DNA of 53,748 nucleotides, filler included, from Bilabrum cf. latius (lineage: Eukaryota): NCBI GenBank assembly GCA_965178125.1. It is 3 parts of 3 records of this genome, joined end to end, with 100 filler letters (N's around TTAATTAATTAA, not from the genome) between each part and the next. Parts side by side here need not be neighbours in the genome. Positions count along the whole stretch, not along the records: positions 19,663 to 37,550 come from CBCXTV010000052.1; positions 37,651 to 53,748 come from CBCXTV010000054.1; 1 more part is not named here. One strand, written 5' to 3'. The notes under the pieces were generated by a model that worked only from the letters and a program-made list of their open reading frames with translations, was not told where the DNA came from and made no database searches. Both the position numbers and the translations under genes were made by a program. Within the stretch, counting starts at the first letter, position 1. Every line of letters starts with the position of its first letter. Shown here piece after piece: positions 35,801 through 47,496 of this stretch.

Positions 35801-37500
35801 CCACCACGGGAACTCGGCGCACACGGACGAGTGCCACGGCACGCACCTCACGTCGCGCAACCACAGCAGGGCGTGGACGCGAAGAGACCCGCGCCCTTTC
35901 CCGCACTGATGCGCCACGCCCCCATCCTTGCGACAGGCAAGGGGGGGGACACGGATGGCATCCAGAGCAGGCCCGGGACGTAAGGGCGACAGACCGACGC
36001 GAGGAGGGTCCAGAAACTCGTACCTGGCCACGCACGCACGGACGTTGTTCGAGTCGCCTCTGCGAGCGAAGAGGTTGGTCTTCCACGGCCGAGCGCCAAC
36101 GCCGCACAAGTAGGCCCGTACGAACTCTTGGACGCCGCGCGCGATGGCAACGGTCTCCGCCAGGCCAAGCTCCGTGTGACCCTTACCGGATAGAGCGCGC
36201 ATCCGCCCCTGACGGCGCGTCCGAGGCCGCCGTCGCCGACGCGGCGTCTGTCCTTGAGAAAAGCATGCGCCTCTTGGCAAAGGCCGGAGGTCCCAGGCGG
36301 GTGCTCGGAAGGGACGGTGTTCTCGGACGCTTCTACGGAGGTTCCAGCCAGTAGGGAAAGGGGAAGTCGAATTCCCACGGGGCGATCGCGATGAACAACG
36401 TCGGCGGGCCCTCCGGGCGGACCAGGTCGAGCAGGACGTTGTGCTGACGGACCCAGTAGGCCGGCGTCCAATGCCGGTGTTCGTTGCTTTGTCCAACACC
36501 GACGTCTCCCGCGATGGACTTGGGCGCACGGTCCGCAGAATGTGTCGGTCGAACGCGAACTGCAGCAGCTCGTAGGAGCCGCCGCAGTCCACGGCGTCGC
36601 CGAGCACCTTCGCCACGAAGGACGCCTGGCGCGCAAGCCGCAAAGAGGCGCAAGTGAGAAAGAGAGGGCGCGAAAGGCGCGCCCGAGAAACTGTGTCCAA
36701 GAGCCGACCCCGCAGGAGACGGTCAGCCTTGGCGGACTCCTTGGTCGCGTTCCTGCCCGCCGCGCCCCGCCGCCCGGCGGCGAAGGGCGCCCACTCCTGG
36801 CCCGTGTGCATGGCCGAGTCGCACATGCCGCGGGCCCAGTACAGGCGGGGCCACAACGCCGCCTCCAGCAGCGGCTCGAGAAGAGCGCTGGGCGGCAAGC
36901 GCTGCGGGAGGCCTTCCTCCAAGACCTCGGCGTGCCGCTGGAGAAAGTCCCGATAGGGCGACGCGCAAGTCGCCAGAAACCTGTAAGCCCGCCTTCGTGG
37001 CACGCGGCGGGAGAAGAGAAGCCAAGAGCAGGGGCCACTAGGGCTTTCGTGCCTCAAGCCCGATGGGTCAGGAGGGCCCGACCAAACTCAGAACCGCCTC
37101 GCAGGACCGCGGCGGACGAGCGGCAGGGACTCCACGTCCTCGTTGACAGACCGCGGCTTCCAGGCGAAGCGCGTCAGCGCCTGTCGACGCGCATACCCCT
37201 GCGGGTGCTGGTTCGGGTGGCCCTGCTGCACGATGAAAGGACGCAAGGCCAGCACGGCCTCGCGACTGAGGCCCCTCAGCGGCGCGGGAACGTCGCCCGG
37301 AGACACGGAGAGGTAGCGGCTCACGCGCCGCCCCGAGCACGATGGGCAGGTCCCGCAGACTCGATGAGTGTAGCTGTCCGGATCGCGCAGCTCCGGCTCC
37401 ACCAGATGGCGGCGAAAGAGGCCGCCGCACTGGTCGCACCGGTACCAGCTGAGGAAGCGGAACCACACGGCCAAGTTGGCCTCACGCGTAGGCAAGGCGT
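32850..37500 (-). pseudogene. Helitron RepHel (HUH Rep + PIF1-like SF1 helicase), split by introns and/or frameshifts
   Basis: CDQC..CGTC; Rep motifs GPPTLFIAIAP, VARYEF, GRGSLRVHALLW (first His of HUH reads Arg), YVVGYVSK. Helicase motifs FLTGGPGSGKT, ATPTGKLA, VIDELSMV, LVGDFAQLPPI, LRVGARVRLTRTI, AYASTVHLAEGQT, YTAITRA. Confidence 0.85.
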
Positions 37501-37550
37501 GAGGGACACGCAAAAGGCAGTGGGGAAGCTATCGCAGGGGGAGGCGCGGA

Positions 37551-37650
37551 NNNNNNNNNNNNNNNNNNNNNNNNNNNNNNNNNNNNNNNNNNNNTTAATT
37601 AATTAANNNNNNNNNNNNNNNNNNNNNNNNNNNNNNNNNNNNNNNNNNNN
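37551..37650. other. Artificial contig linker
   Basis: N-run, TTAATTAATTAA, N-run. Confidence 0.98.
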
Positions 37651-37765
37651 CGCGCTTGCCCGCCCTCCCGCCCGCCCGCCCACCACGCTTGCTCGCCCGC
37701 CCGCCCGCCCGCCCGCCCGCCCGCCGAGCCTCGCGCCCGCCAGCCCGCCCGCCCGATCGCTCCAT

Positions 37766-39657
37766 GATGTAACGCAGGTCCAGTCGTTGGTCGCGGAGTC
37801 GTTGCGCGTTTCGAACAGCGTCGATTGGACGGCCATCGGGGCAACGCTGCAGAAGCGGAACAACTTGTCGCCGAGCGACGCAAAGATCCTCATGAAATTT
37901 GTGCAGCTCTTCGGCGACGGGCCCTTCATCGGCGATCTGCAGAGGTACCACGCCCAGTTTGTGCCGAGCAATCGAACGATCTCGACTTCGACGATCTCGG
38001 CGATCTGCGACATCAAGTTGTCACCGTCCGAGGTCAGCCCGCGCATGGCTATCGCGATCGTCAAAGCGCAGGCCCAGAGCCCCGCCAATAAGGTCACCAA
38101 CAAGATCTGCCGCTACATCACTCCCGGCGACATCGCGGCCTGTGGCCTCAAAAGGAAGAGCATCTTCTTGGAGGGCGAAAAGGCTTTGGTCAAGTGTCGC
38201 GAGATCGCGTCGAAATCGATATTGCCCTCGGATGTCGTCTTCAAGATCGTTTCGCAGATCGATGTCTTGGTCGCCAACTTCGTGCTGAAGAAGGACACGA
38301 CGACCTACAAGTCGATTGCGGAGATCTTGGCATACTTCATGTCGCAGATCACCGGCTCGTCGCCCGTCGTCGCGGCGCCGGTCGCGTCGTCGGCGGACAC
38401 CGTCGGCGTCATTCGCTATGACGAGGAAGGTAACCCCATCGCGTCGGGCAAAGTGTGCCTGCTCAATGCAGGCATTTGTTGTGGCCTCCAAGCGCGCGGG
38501 CGGGCGGGCAAGCGCGCGGGCGGGCGCGCGGGCGGGCGGGACGGCAGGCGGGCGGGGCGGGGCGGGGCGGGGCGGGGCGGGGCGCGGCGGGGCGCGGCAG
38601 GGCGGGGCGGGGCAGGGCGGGGCGCGGCGGGGCCGGGCGGGGCGGGGCGGGGCAGGGCGGGGCGGGCGGGCGGCCGGGCGGGCGGCGGGCTGGCCAGCCG
38701 GCGGGCGGGCTCGGGCGGCAAAGCAGCATAAGACATATCTGCACAAGGCTTCGTGGTCAACAAGAATGTGAAGGATGCTGATGGCAAGTTGTACCGCTTG
38801 ACGGCGATCGAGGACGATGGTCAGGCCATCGTCGCCCCTCTTTCGGCGGCCGGTGAGGTTGACAAGCATGCAGTAACACAGCGTGACATGTTTCGTATTT
38901 GTGTGCATAAAAAAGAGCCAATTCCGCAGGCAACCGGCATAAAACTCAGGTTGGGGAGCCATCGACCATCGACTACGAGACCTTCACGAACGACTATCAG
39001 CCGACTTCCGCGAACATCGAAGTCCTCGACGATTGGAGCGACAAGACGCCTGCCACCAACAAGATCTACCAAGAGAATCTCGCGAGGTCGTACATCAACA
39101 TCGGTTTGGCCTCTTTAGCCAGTCTCGCGGAGGTCGATAAGGTGCGCATCCAACAGAAGCCCTATCGCTCGGTGTCGGTGACATCGAAGGTTAACCAGGG
39201 CAAATTGCTTTTGGTGCCCGAGTCGTCCGTCTCGAAGATCATGATCTTGTCGGATAGTGCCGAAGCTCCGGCGGGCAGCTTGCCCGTCGACTTGCCCGAG
39301 GCCCTCGGCAATCGCAAAGCGGTCTTGTTGTCGCACTTCGCAGACGACTTCGTGGTGCCAGTGTGGGCGATTCGCGCGACGGACAAGGAGGCCGAAGCGA
39401 ACATGGGTATCATCCGCAAGACGGTCGTCGTCAACTTGGATGCGAAGCTTGTGAGGGTTAGGGCGGAAGGGAAAGTACAGTCGTCGATCGCGCCCTTGAC
39501 CTTGGAGTTGCCGGTGTTGTGTAACACCAAGGTCTTGGAGGCCGGCGACGAGTTGCGCGTTTACCGCCCGCCGGCGAGCAAGAAGCCCGCGCAGAAACGC
39601 GGCTTGCAAGGCCTGGCTTTGCGGGAGCCGTCTAGCAGCAAGGCGTCGCGCGTCTAG
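37766..39657 (+). CDS. 5'-partial spliced gene of unknown function with a SET-like C-terminal motif; introns 38472-38747 (GC-AG) and 38858-38949 (GT-AG)
   Basis: Removing both introns joins ORFs 37787, 38753 and 39106 in frame (..LLNAG/FVVNK..AAGE/VGEPSTIDY..). LPVLCNTKVLEAGDELRVY resembles the end of a SET domain. Confidence 0.65.
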
Positions 39658-40415
39658 TCGTTTGTCGTTGGTTGGCGTTGCTTTTCGCGAGATCGCTTTG
39701 CGCGCGCGTCAGACTCGTCGGTCACGAGTCGCCCGTCCACTCCTTGTCGTCGCGCGTCCGTCGCGCTTCGACTTGGGTGCGTCGGCAAGGCGCTTCTTCC
39801 CATGCCCCAAGCTAGAAAGCACGCACCGCGCAATCCATGCTTTCGCCCGTCGGCGTTGCATTGCAGTTGGCATTTTCTTGCATGCTTTGTCTCGTCGGGG
39901 CCTTATATGCGATACGCGCCTACACTGAAAGGCCAATGCGTGATCATGCAAGGCTTGCCTTCCCCGCCCTTGCCCACCCCTGGCCCGCCCGCCCGCCTGC
40001 TCGCTCGTCTTGTCTCCCGCCGCTGTCGCGCCCGTCCGGCTTTTGCTTCGCCTTGCCGCCAGCCTGCCTTGCTGCCCGCCCGCGCGTCCGCCCGCTTGGC
40101 ATGCGCGCCCGCCCAGCCATGGACCTTCGACTGGCCGCCCGTCTCGCCGGCCGGCCGCTCGCCCGCCGCCCACATTGCCGCCCGCTTCGGCCGGCCTGTC
40201 AGTAAGAGATGTGTTGCAGGTTTAGGCTTGCGTCAGATGTCAAATTCACGCATGCTTGAGCAATCCTCAAGTCCATGCAAAACCAGTAATGCACATGGAA
40301 CTTGTTTGCATCTTTTTAGCTCGAGCGTCGCCACGCTTGTCAGCCTCAGCGTCGCTTGTCGTCGCTTCTCGCGCTTGCCCCGTCGATCCTTTGATCGCTC
40401 GTCCGTCTTCGCATC

Positions 40416-41093
40416 ATGGCGGACGCTGGTGATTTCCGGATCAAGCAGGTTACTGCGGTCGTGGACTTGAAGATGACTCAGCCGGTCTACTTGTGGAATA
40501 TCAAGTCCTACCTCGGCAGTCAGTACGCTTGTCTCGCAAAGGGCGACAGCGCGGTCGGGCGTCTTCTCGCGGGTCAGACATGGAAGCAGAGCCGCTTGTT
40601 GGCCAAGACGACGATCATCGAAAAGCTGATCTCCGAGCGCGATCGCGTCATCGACGAGTTGGTCAACCCGTCCGCCAAGGAGGACTTGGGCTTGCAGAAG
40701 AAGGAGAGTCGCAAGCGCAAGTCGTCGGCCATGGACGATTCGGAGCTGCCGGAGACGATCATGATGATGACGCCGGTCGTGGGAGACATCGCGCCGATCT
40801 CCGTCACGGTCTTGTCTGCCAAAGCAGGGTCGTCTTTGTGGATCGAGCTCACGCCGGCCAACATCGCTTATCTGCGCAATGTGGTCGCCTATGAGATCGA
40901 GCATCACGACGGCAAGCCCGCGCGCCCTCGTCATGAGGCGACAGTCGGCGTCGAAGGGGTGACTTACGAGCGGGCTCGGAACGCGTATCGCGCTCGCCGG
41001 CCAGACGGCACTCAGCGGTACTTTTCGGTCAAGTCCGCCGGTGACCCGAAAGCCGAGGCGGCCGCTTGGGTTGCGGCGGCGATTGAGGAGTAG
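40416..41093 (+). CDS. Hypothetical protein with a C-terminal AP2-like domain
   Basis: VEGVTYERARNAYRARRPDGTQRYFSVKSAGDPKAEAAAW fits the GV....R..W/Y.A....F....G...A pattern of AP2 domains. Confidence 0.6.
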   Translation: MADAGDFRIKQVTAVVDLKMTQPVYLWNIKSYLGSQYACLAKGDSAVGRLLAGQTWKQSRLLAKTTIIEKLISERDRVIDELVNPSAKEDLGLQKKESRKRKSSAMDDSELPETIMMMTPVVGDIAPISVTVLSAKAGSSLWIELTPANIAYLRNVVAYEIEHHDGKPARPRHEATVGVEGVTYERARNAYRARRPDGTQRYFSVKSAGDPKAEAAAWVAAAIEE

Positions 41094-42323
41094 TCGTTGT
41101 CGCCGGTCAGTTCCGTCGCGCGTCGGCGTCGCTCGCGCGTCTTTTGCGTCGTTCGTCGGTCGGTCGTTGGCCGCGGCCGTCGGCGTTCGACGATGTGTGT
41201 TTCGCGTCTCTTGAATCGCTCGTTGTTCGGTCGCTTGCCGCGGCCGTCGGCGTGTCGATGATCATCTTGCGCGTCGCATTCCTCGGTCGTCAAGCGGTCG
41301 CTGGCCGCGGTCCTTGGCGCTCCGAAGGAGCCATGCACTTGGCAGTGTGAGTGCGTCTTATAAAGAATGCGTCTTTTGAAAGACATCTCGTCTGCACTGA
41401 CTCGACTGCCGCTATGTCGCGCACAACCCTTCGCCCCTTCACAACTCCCTTCCCCCCAACTTGCCCTTCCCAGCGCGCGCGTCGCCCGTCTGTCAGAGTC
41501 TTACGAGAGCCGCCAAATCGTCAACGACTTGCACCAGTGGGAAACATAAAGGCCAAGAGCTTCCAGATGGAGAGGTACTTGAAAAAAGAGGTGCGCCCGT
41601 CCCCGCTCCGTTGTTGTAGCGTTCGCTCGCGACACGCTTGTCTCAACATGCGTCGCCGTCGTGCTTGGCTAAGGCAACAGCGACGCTTAAGTTGCGAGTC
41701 ATACGATTTTGCATCGCTTCCGTTGCTCAGAAGTTCTTCGAAGTGGAAACCCGCAAGCATGCTTTTGGCAGTGACTTTGGTCAGCGTTTGTCGCCGTCTT
41801 GCTTGCCCAAGCCAACACCGACGGTCGAGTCGAAGATCAAGTCATGTTGCATTGCTTTCGTTGCTAAGAAAGCTTGAAGAGCGGAAGGTCGCCAAATGCC
41901 GCTTCTATGCTCTACTTTGTCTTACCCTTTGTCGCAGTCTTGCTCGCTCACTCGAAGATCGCCCCTCGAGTCGCAGATCATTTTTTGAGCGCTTTCGTGG
42001 CATCGGAGTGTCAAAGAGTCAGCCCGACATTAAGCGGTTTTTGCGCGTGAATTTGTCAAGAAGCTTTCGGGCACAACTTTAAAGCATTGAAGATCGATGG
42101 TTTGGCATTCTTAGCGAGCAGTCTTTGCACGCAGCGATCTCGCCTCGAACGTCTCGGCCGCCGCCCTCGGTCGCCGATCCGCTTCTCGCTTGTCGACCGC
42201 CACCCCCCGGCCGTCGACCTTCGCGCCCATCGACCGCCGACCGTCGGCCGTCGATTCTTCTCCTCGCCCCTCGACCGCCGATCGTCGGCCGTCGCCCGCC
42301 CGTCGCACTTTGTTCATCGCGTC

Positions 42324-44203
42324 ATGTCCCTGTCGACGGCCAAGCAGACGACGCCCATCGCGGTCGCCGTCGTGTCGTTCGGCACCTCATCGGTGGTCGG
42401 CGATGGGTTTCGGCAGTGGGCGCAGACGGCCGACTTCCGCTTCTACGATGCGGTGGTCTTGACGAAGGATCCGTCCGATCGCGTCGGCCATCAGGAGAAT
42501 GGGCTTCATCGCAGGACGCAGACCTGTGTCTTCGGTCAAGCCGGCGTCGTCGACATCGTGACGACGATCTTGACGGACGTCCTCGCTGGTCAGACGCGCA
42601 TCGCTGTGTCTTGCCGCCATGGCTGGCACAGGTCGGATGTCGTCGGTCGCCTCGTCGAGTCGTGTCTGAACCTGTCGCCGGTCGACCAGATCAACTTCGC
42701 GCCTCGGTTTTCGGCGAAATACTGGGCGGCGTCCCAGATTTGGCCGCAGCAGCTGGACCGGACGATCGCGGACATCGAGTCGTGGTTGCATCGGCCGTGG
42801 TGCAGGCCTCCGGCGAACGGGCTCATCGCCCACGAGGATCGCTTCGGCTATGCGGCGGCGATGGAGTCTCGGAGGTCGGCCGAGAATTGGACGTCCATCC
42901 AGGTGGCTTGGGGAAAAATATGTTTGGGCATGCAGCCTAATATGCAAAAGATGTTAATATGATGATAGAAGACATTTAAAAAACTCGCATGTCTAAGCAC
43001 AACAACTTTCGCCAGGAAGCGTGGGATCGCGCGGTCCTCGAAATGATCGACGCCGATCCGATGGTCGATGTCGAGGAGTCGGAGGTCGGGCCGGAGGCCG
43101 ACGCGGGGGCCGAGGCGATGGCCGAGGACGAGGACGAGGACGAGGAGGAATGGCCGGACGTCGTCGCCGATCCCTATGCCACGCCCATCCCCGCCCCGCA
43201 GACGCCGCCGACGGTCAAGGCGCCGGTCATGCGGCCCCCGTCGTACCCGCCGCCGGACGTGGTCGCCTCGACGGTCGGGTCGGCAACGCCGACGCCGCAG
43301 CCGCCGGCGGGCCCGCCCCCGGGCCAGTGCTTGCCGCCGTTGCAGGCGCCGCCGCGTCGCGGGTCCTCGTCGAAGATCACCGGCGCGATCGGCGCGAGGC
43401 CGCAGTCGTCCGGGACGCAGGGCGCATCGGGGTCGGCTGTCGCATCGGCGCCCGCATCGGCGGCCGCATCGTCGGCCTTCCCCCCGGCGCCGGTCGTGTC
43501 GCAGGCGTGGCTCGGAGCGACGCCCATGACCCCTGCGCCGATCATCGTGCCGCCGGTCGCCCAGGCCCCGCCCACGCCGATCCACACGCCGCCATCGTCG
43601 ATCAGCTCGCAGGGTCAGGGTCGGGGGTCGAATCTGCCGAGGAAGGCGCCGCCGCCGCATCTCCGTCGCGGGTCGGTCGCTGCGCAGGGGTCGGCGGCCG
43701 CGTCGACGGTCGATGCCTCGCCTCCGCCGCCGCCGGTCCCGTCGCCTGTCCCGGCGGTCCCGTCGCCCGTCTCGGCGGTCCCGCCCGTCCCGCCGCCGGT
43801 CACCCGGACTTTCGCGGAGGTCGGCGTGCAGGTCGACGAGGCGCCCTCGAAACGGCCGCGGTGGGTCACGTTCGACCAGTCGGCCGAGAACTGGGCAGAG
43901 ATGTTGATGGCCGAAGGTTGCGACGAAGCCGCTGGTCAGGACATCTTTGCGCTGGCGCAGCTCGGCGCCGAGGGTTGGGCGAAAGCCAATTCGATCATCG
44001 CGAAAATCATCAAAAAGCGGGCCGACAACGAGCGCTTCTCGTCGATCTCCGCGTGGATCCACTCGAGTTGCAATCGGGCTCGCCAGGAGATCGAGGGATC
44101 CGTCGCGCCGTGGCGCCCCGAGCATCGTCGCCAGTCGGAGACTCGTGGGTCGGAGTCGTCCTCGTCGGCGTGGGCGAATTGGCGGCCGCAGCAGTTCAAC
44201 TAG
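42324..44203 (+). CDS. Spliced gene: RapZ C-terminal-like domain, Pro-rich linker and helical C-terminal domain; intron 42903-43015
   Basis: VVSFG..ADF..D..L.DP..G..IAVSCRHGWHRS matches the RapZ-CTD pattern SFG..D..D.R.L.NP..IAIGCTGG.HRS. An AT-rich GT-AG intron joins ..TSIQ/EAWDR.. in frame. Confidence 0.65.
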
Positions 44204-44552
44204 GCGGTGATCGCACATCGGCGATCGAGCGTTTGTCGGTCGCCGATCCGTTTTCTCTTTTGCGTCGTTCGTCGGTCGGTCGCTGGCCGCGGCCGTCGGC
44301 GTTCGATGATCTACAACCTTTCGTCCATCGTTCTCTTTTGTGTCGTTCGTCGGTCGGTCGCTGGCCGCGGCCGCCGGCGTTCGATGATCTCCTCGCGCGT
44401 CTCTCAGTCGGTTGTCAGTCGGGTCGCTTGAAGTATCGTGGCCCCTGACGCTCCGAAGGAGACAGGTTTGGCAGTATGAGGGCGACATTGTGTGGGCGAC
44501 ATGCGAAAAGATGGCGACCCGCGCAGGGACGAGTAAGTTGAGGCACATACAC

Positions 44553-44701
44553 GCGCAATGTCGATTCGACATTGCGCAGCCAAAAAATCGGTTGCGCAAT
44601 GTCGAATCGACATTGCGCAGCCGTTTTTTGGCCTGCGCAATGTCGAATCGACATTGCGCAGCCGAATTTGGGGTTGCGCAATGTCGATTCGACAATGCGC
44701 A
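44553..44701. repeat. Four tandem 25 bp palindromes at a 41 bp period
   Basis: GCGCAATGTCGA(T/A)TCGACATTGCGC at 44553, 44594, 44635 and 44676 (the last with one mismatch). Confidence 0.95.
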
Positions 44702-45722
44702 GTTGTGTGCGTTGTCCGGTCGGTGGTGGCTTGCCTTGGTGTTGTTTCAGTACATGGGTGGTGCGATTTCCAGGCGAGCTTGAGCGCTGTACTAAGCCGA
44801 CGTTTTGGCGGTCGTGTCTCGACGGTGTCCTTCATCATGTCCGACCCCACAGTTGCTCGCGGATGCCTTCTACTCTCTGACAATATGCTTTGCGTCTGTG
44901 TTTCACACAGAACTCCGACGCTCACTCGTACATCCATGCAACCTCTACCGCCGCTTGTCGTCGACTTTACATGTGTTTGACGACGGTTTGTGCATTGCTC
45001 CTTTGAATTTGTGTCTCGAGGCGTCTGGTCTACTCCGCTGCGTCAATGTCTGTCGCCGATGCGCTGTGTCGTCTTGCAACCGCGCGCGCCGACCCGCCCG
45101 TCAGGTGTGTCGCGTCGATGATCAGTCGGGGCTCCAACGAGGTAGTGGTCGGTGGCGCTCCTCGCTTTTGACGTTTGCGTTGCTCGCTTGTGTCTAGGGT
45201 CGACTTGGACTGACTCCCAGAACACGTTTCTTAGAGGACTAGTCTTGCTTTCGGCGATGAGACACATCCGGCCAACACTTGCACCCAACCCTCCTTCCCA
45301 CCGCACCCGAACGCAGACTTTGTGATCGTGCGCCTTTGTGTCTTGACCCGCCCGGCGCGGCACGCTCACTACGGGCTTGTGCTTACATAGGCGTCTGGGC
45401 CTTTAGGCCTCATGCTACTTACCTTCCCCTTGCAAGCTACATGTTTAAATGAATGAGGTGCGTGGAAAGCCGACCTTTCGGTCTCGTGACACCCGATTCC
45501 ATGGCCTTGTTCCTTTGTCTTTGCATAACATTGTTGTTCGGTGGTCCTCGAAACTTGCCAGTCGCGTATGTTTGACCGTTGCGAGTGTGCTCTCGAGCGG
45601 ACGTTAGTCATTTCTTGCTCGAGCGTGCATTTCCCGTCATGTTCTGCAGTCGTTTGGGGTCGAATCGATCCTCCGCGCCAATCGCTCGCAAGTCGATTAT
45701 CTCGGCTTGCTTGATCAGCAAG

Positions 45723-47264
45723 ATGGCCATGCACATGTTAAACGCAGTCACCCAGTTCTTATCGGCGGCCAAGACGCACATTGGAGACGACGCTGGGTGG
45801 AATTCGACGGTGGACGCGCAAGTGAAGTCTGTGCTCGACTTTGTGTCGAACTCGGCATTCTCCATCGAAGATGCGTCTAACGCCATGAACTTCCTGAACA
45901 CGCCGGTCGCATGTGACTTGTTCGAGGCCCCGCAACGAAAGTCGATCGGCAACGCGCTCGCGTCGTCCATCGTCAAGCAGCCGTCAGTGCCAACGTCCGC
46001 GCCAGTGCCTCCGACGCGCGCCACCACGCAGACGCACTTCCACATGTTTAACTATTTCACTGACGACGATTGGAACGTCCTGGTCGACCCTGCCTTGCCG
46101 ATGGCGACGAAGATCAAATGCGTCGTGGATCGCAGCTTCACCATCGGGCTCGTGCATCCAAACGAAAAGTCAATGGTGTCACTTGTCGCTATCTTGGTTG
46201 CGTCTTCGCGCAAGATGGTCTCCAGCTCCGGCGCGTTCGAGATCTTGGAGATGCTGAAGCGCTTGTGGAAGCTCAATCGTCAGTCGCGTCGCCCGCCGCA
46301 AAGTTGCTCGACGTTTCCCCCGGCCGTCGAGGACTTCTTGGTCATGCACCCCGACAAATACGCAGAAGGCGCCTTGCCCGTCGAGCCGCCCATCAGCCGA
46401 TCGATCGTCGAGGACTTTCGTTCATCTTTCGCGGCACGCAAGACGCACAAGTCGTTGCACTCTCCGGCGGTTGCCTTGCAGAATCCGTCCTTCGCCAACT
46501 CGCCGCAGCAATGGATGGCCATGGGCGCGTCGTTCTTGCAGCAGATGATGGGCAAAGGCGCCGAGGACTTGCCCATGGACCTTTGCGCTCCGGCCCGCCC
46601 GCGGCAGCAACCAGCTCCCTTGGCTTTGCTTGACAGGTCTTCCAGCATGACTCCGAGTGCGTGTGCGTCGCCATTGCTGAATACCCCGGCCGCGCCGAAC
46701 GTCGATCCGTCGGTCGAGGCAGTGTCGGCGAATGGCCGGGGCGGGTTGGACTCGATTGTCGACGACATGTCTCGGGCCATGGCCAACAAGAGGAAGGCAA
46801 GGACGGTCGCGATCGAAGAGGGTAGCGCAGACGAGGGCGAGGCGAGTGAGCTCCAGGACGACAGCGTGCAAGCGTGTAAGTCTGCGCCCAAGGCTAAGGC
46901 GAAAGCCAAAGGCAAGGGCAAGGCCAAGGCGAAGGCCAAAGCTTCGCCTTTTTCGGCAGTTTCGGTGGCCGCTCAGCCCAAAGGCAAAGCGAAGGCCAAA
47001 AGCGCGTCGAAGGTCACCGCCAAGGTCTCGCCGTTGGTCGCCCACTCGTCTTCGTCGTCGTCGTCGGGTGTCGCACGCAAATCGAACACCCGACCTTTTA
47101 CGACGATCGAGTGGAGTCGGAGCCAAGTTTTGGCGCGGACAGGGCTCAAAGGCCCCGGGCAGACGAAGACCTTCATGTTCAAGAACAAGGACCCATCGCA
47201 GGCGCAGAAGGACGCTCGTGCATGGTTGAAGGTTCGGTGCAAAGAGATGGGCATCGCTTTTTAG
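45723..47264 (+). CDS. Hypothetical protein with a Lys/Ala-rich (KAKAK) segment and a possible AP2-like C-terminus
   Basis: Long ORF ending TIEWSRSQVLARTGLKGPGQTKTFMFKNKDPSQAQKDARAWL. Confidence 0.6.
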   Translation: MAMHMLNAVTQFLSAAKTHIGDDAGWNSTVDAQVKSVLDFVSNSAFSIEDASNAMNFLNTPVACDLFEAPQRKSIGNALASSIVKQPSVPTSAPVPPTRATTQTHFHMFNYFTDDDWNVLVDPALPMATKIKCVVDRSFTIGLVHPNEKSMVSLVAILVASSRKMVSSSGAFEILEMLKRLWKLNRQSRRPPQSCSTFPPAVEDFLVMHPDKYAEGALPVEPPISRSIVEDFRSSFAARKTHKSLHSPAVALQNPSFANSPQQWMAMGASFLQQMMGKGAEDLPMDLCAPARPRQQPAPLALLDRSSSMTPSACASPLLNTPAAPNVDPSVEAVSANGRGGLDSIVDDMSRAMANKRKARTVAIEEGSADEGEASELQDDSVQACKSAPKAKAKAKGKGKAKAKAKASPFSAVSVAAQPKGKAKAKSASKVTAKVSPLVAHSSSSSSSGVARKSNTRPFTTIEWSRSQVLARTGLKGPGQTKTFMFKNKDPSQAQKDARAWLKVRCKEMGIAF

Positions 47265-47496
47265 CCCAGCTGCGCTGCGTGCTTTTTTTTTGGTACAGCT
47301 GTCGGTTTGAAACAGACAAGGTTGCAGGGGGCAATGCAATCCAGTGTCGTTGTCGGTCGCAAGTCACATCGCAAACTTTTGGGGATCGTGTGGTTTGCGC
47401 GGCCAAAATCCGCTTGTATGCCAGCTGCAGGCGTATCTTCGTCGATCTGCGCGTCTTGCCACAGATTGCTTGCTTTCATGTCGCAGCGCACAGAGC

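Larger units (their letters stand above)
31056..37550 (-). mobile_element. Helitron (5' part lost at the contig end) abutting the broken 28S
   Basis: RepHel motifs lie on the minus strand and the 3' end points toward the rDNA junction. Confidence 0.75.

Noticed and set aside
44553-44701. CRISPR-like repeat-spacer look
   Set aside because: Spacers are only 16 bp and related to each other, there are no cas genes and the context is eukaryotic.
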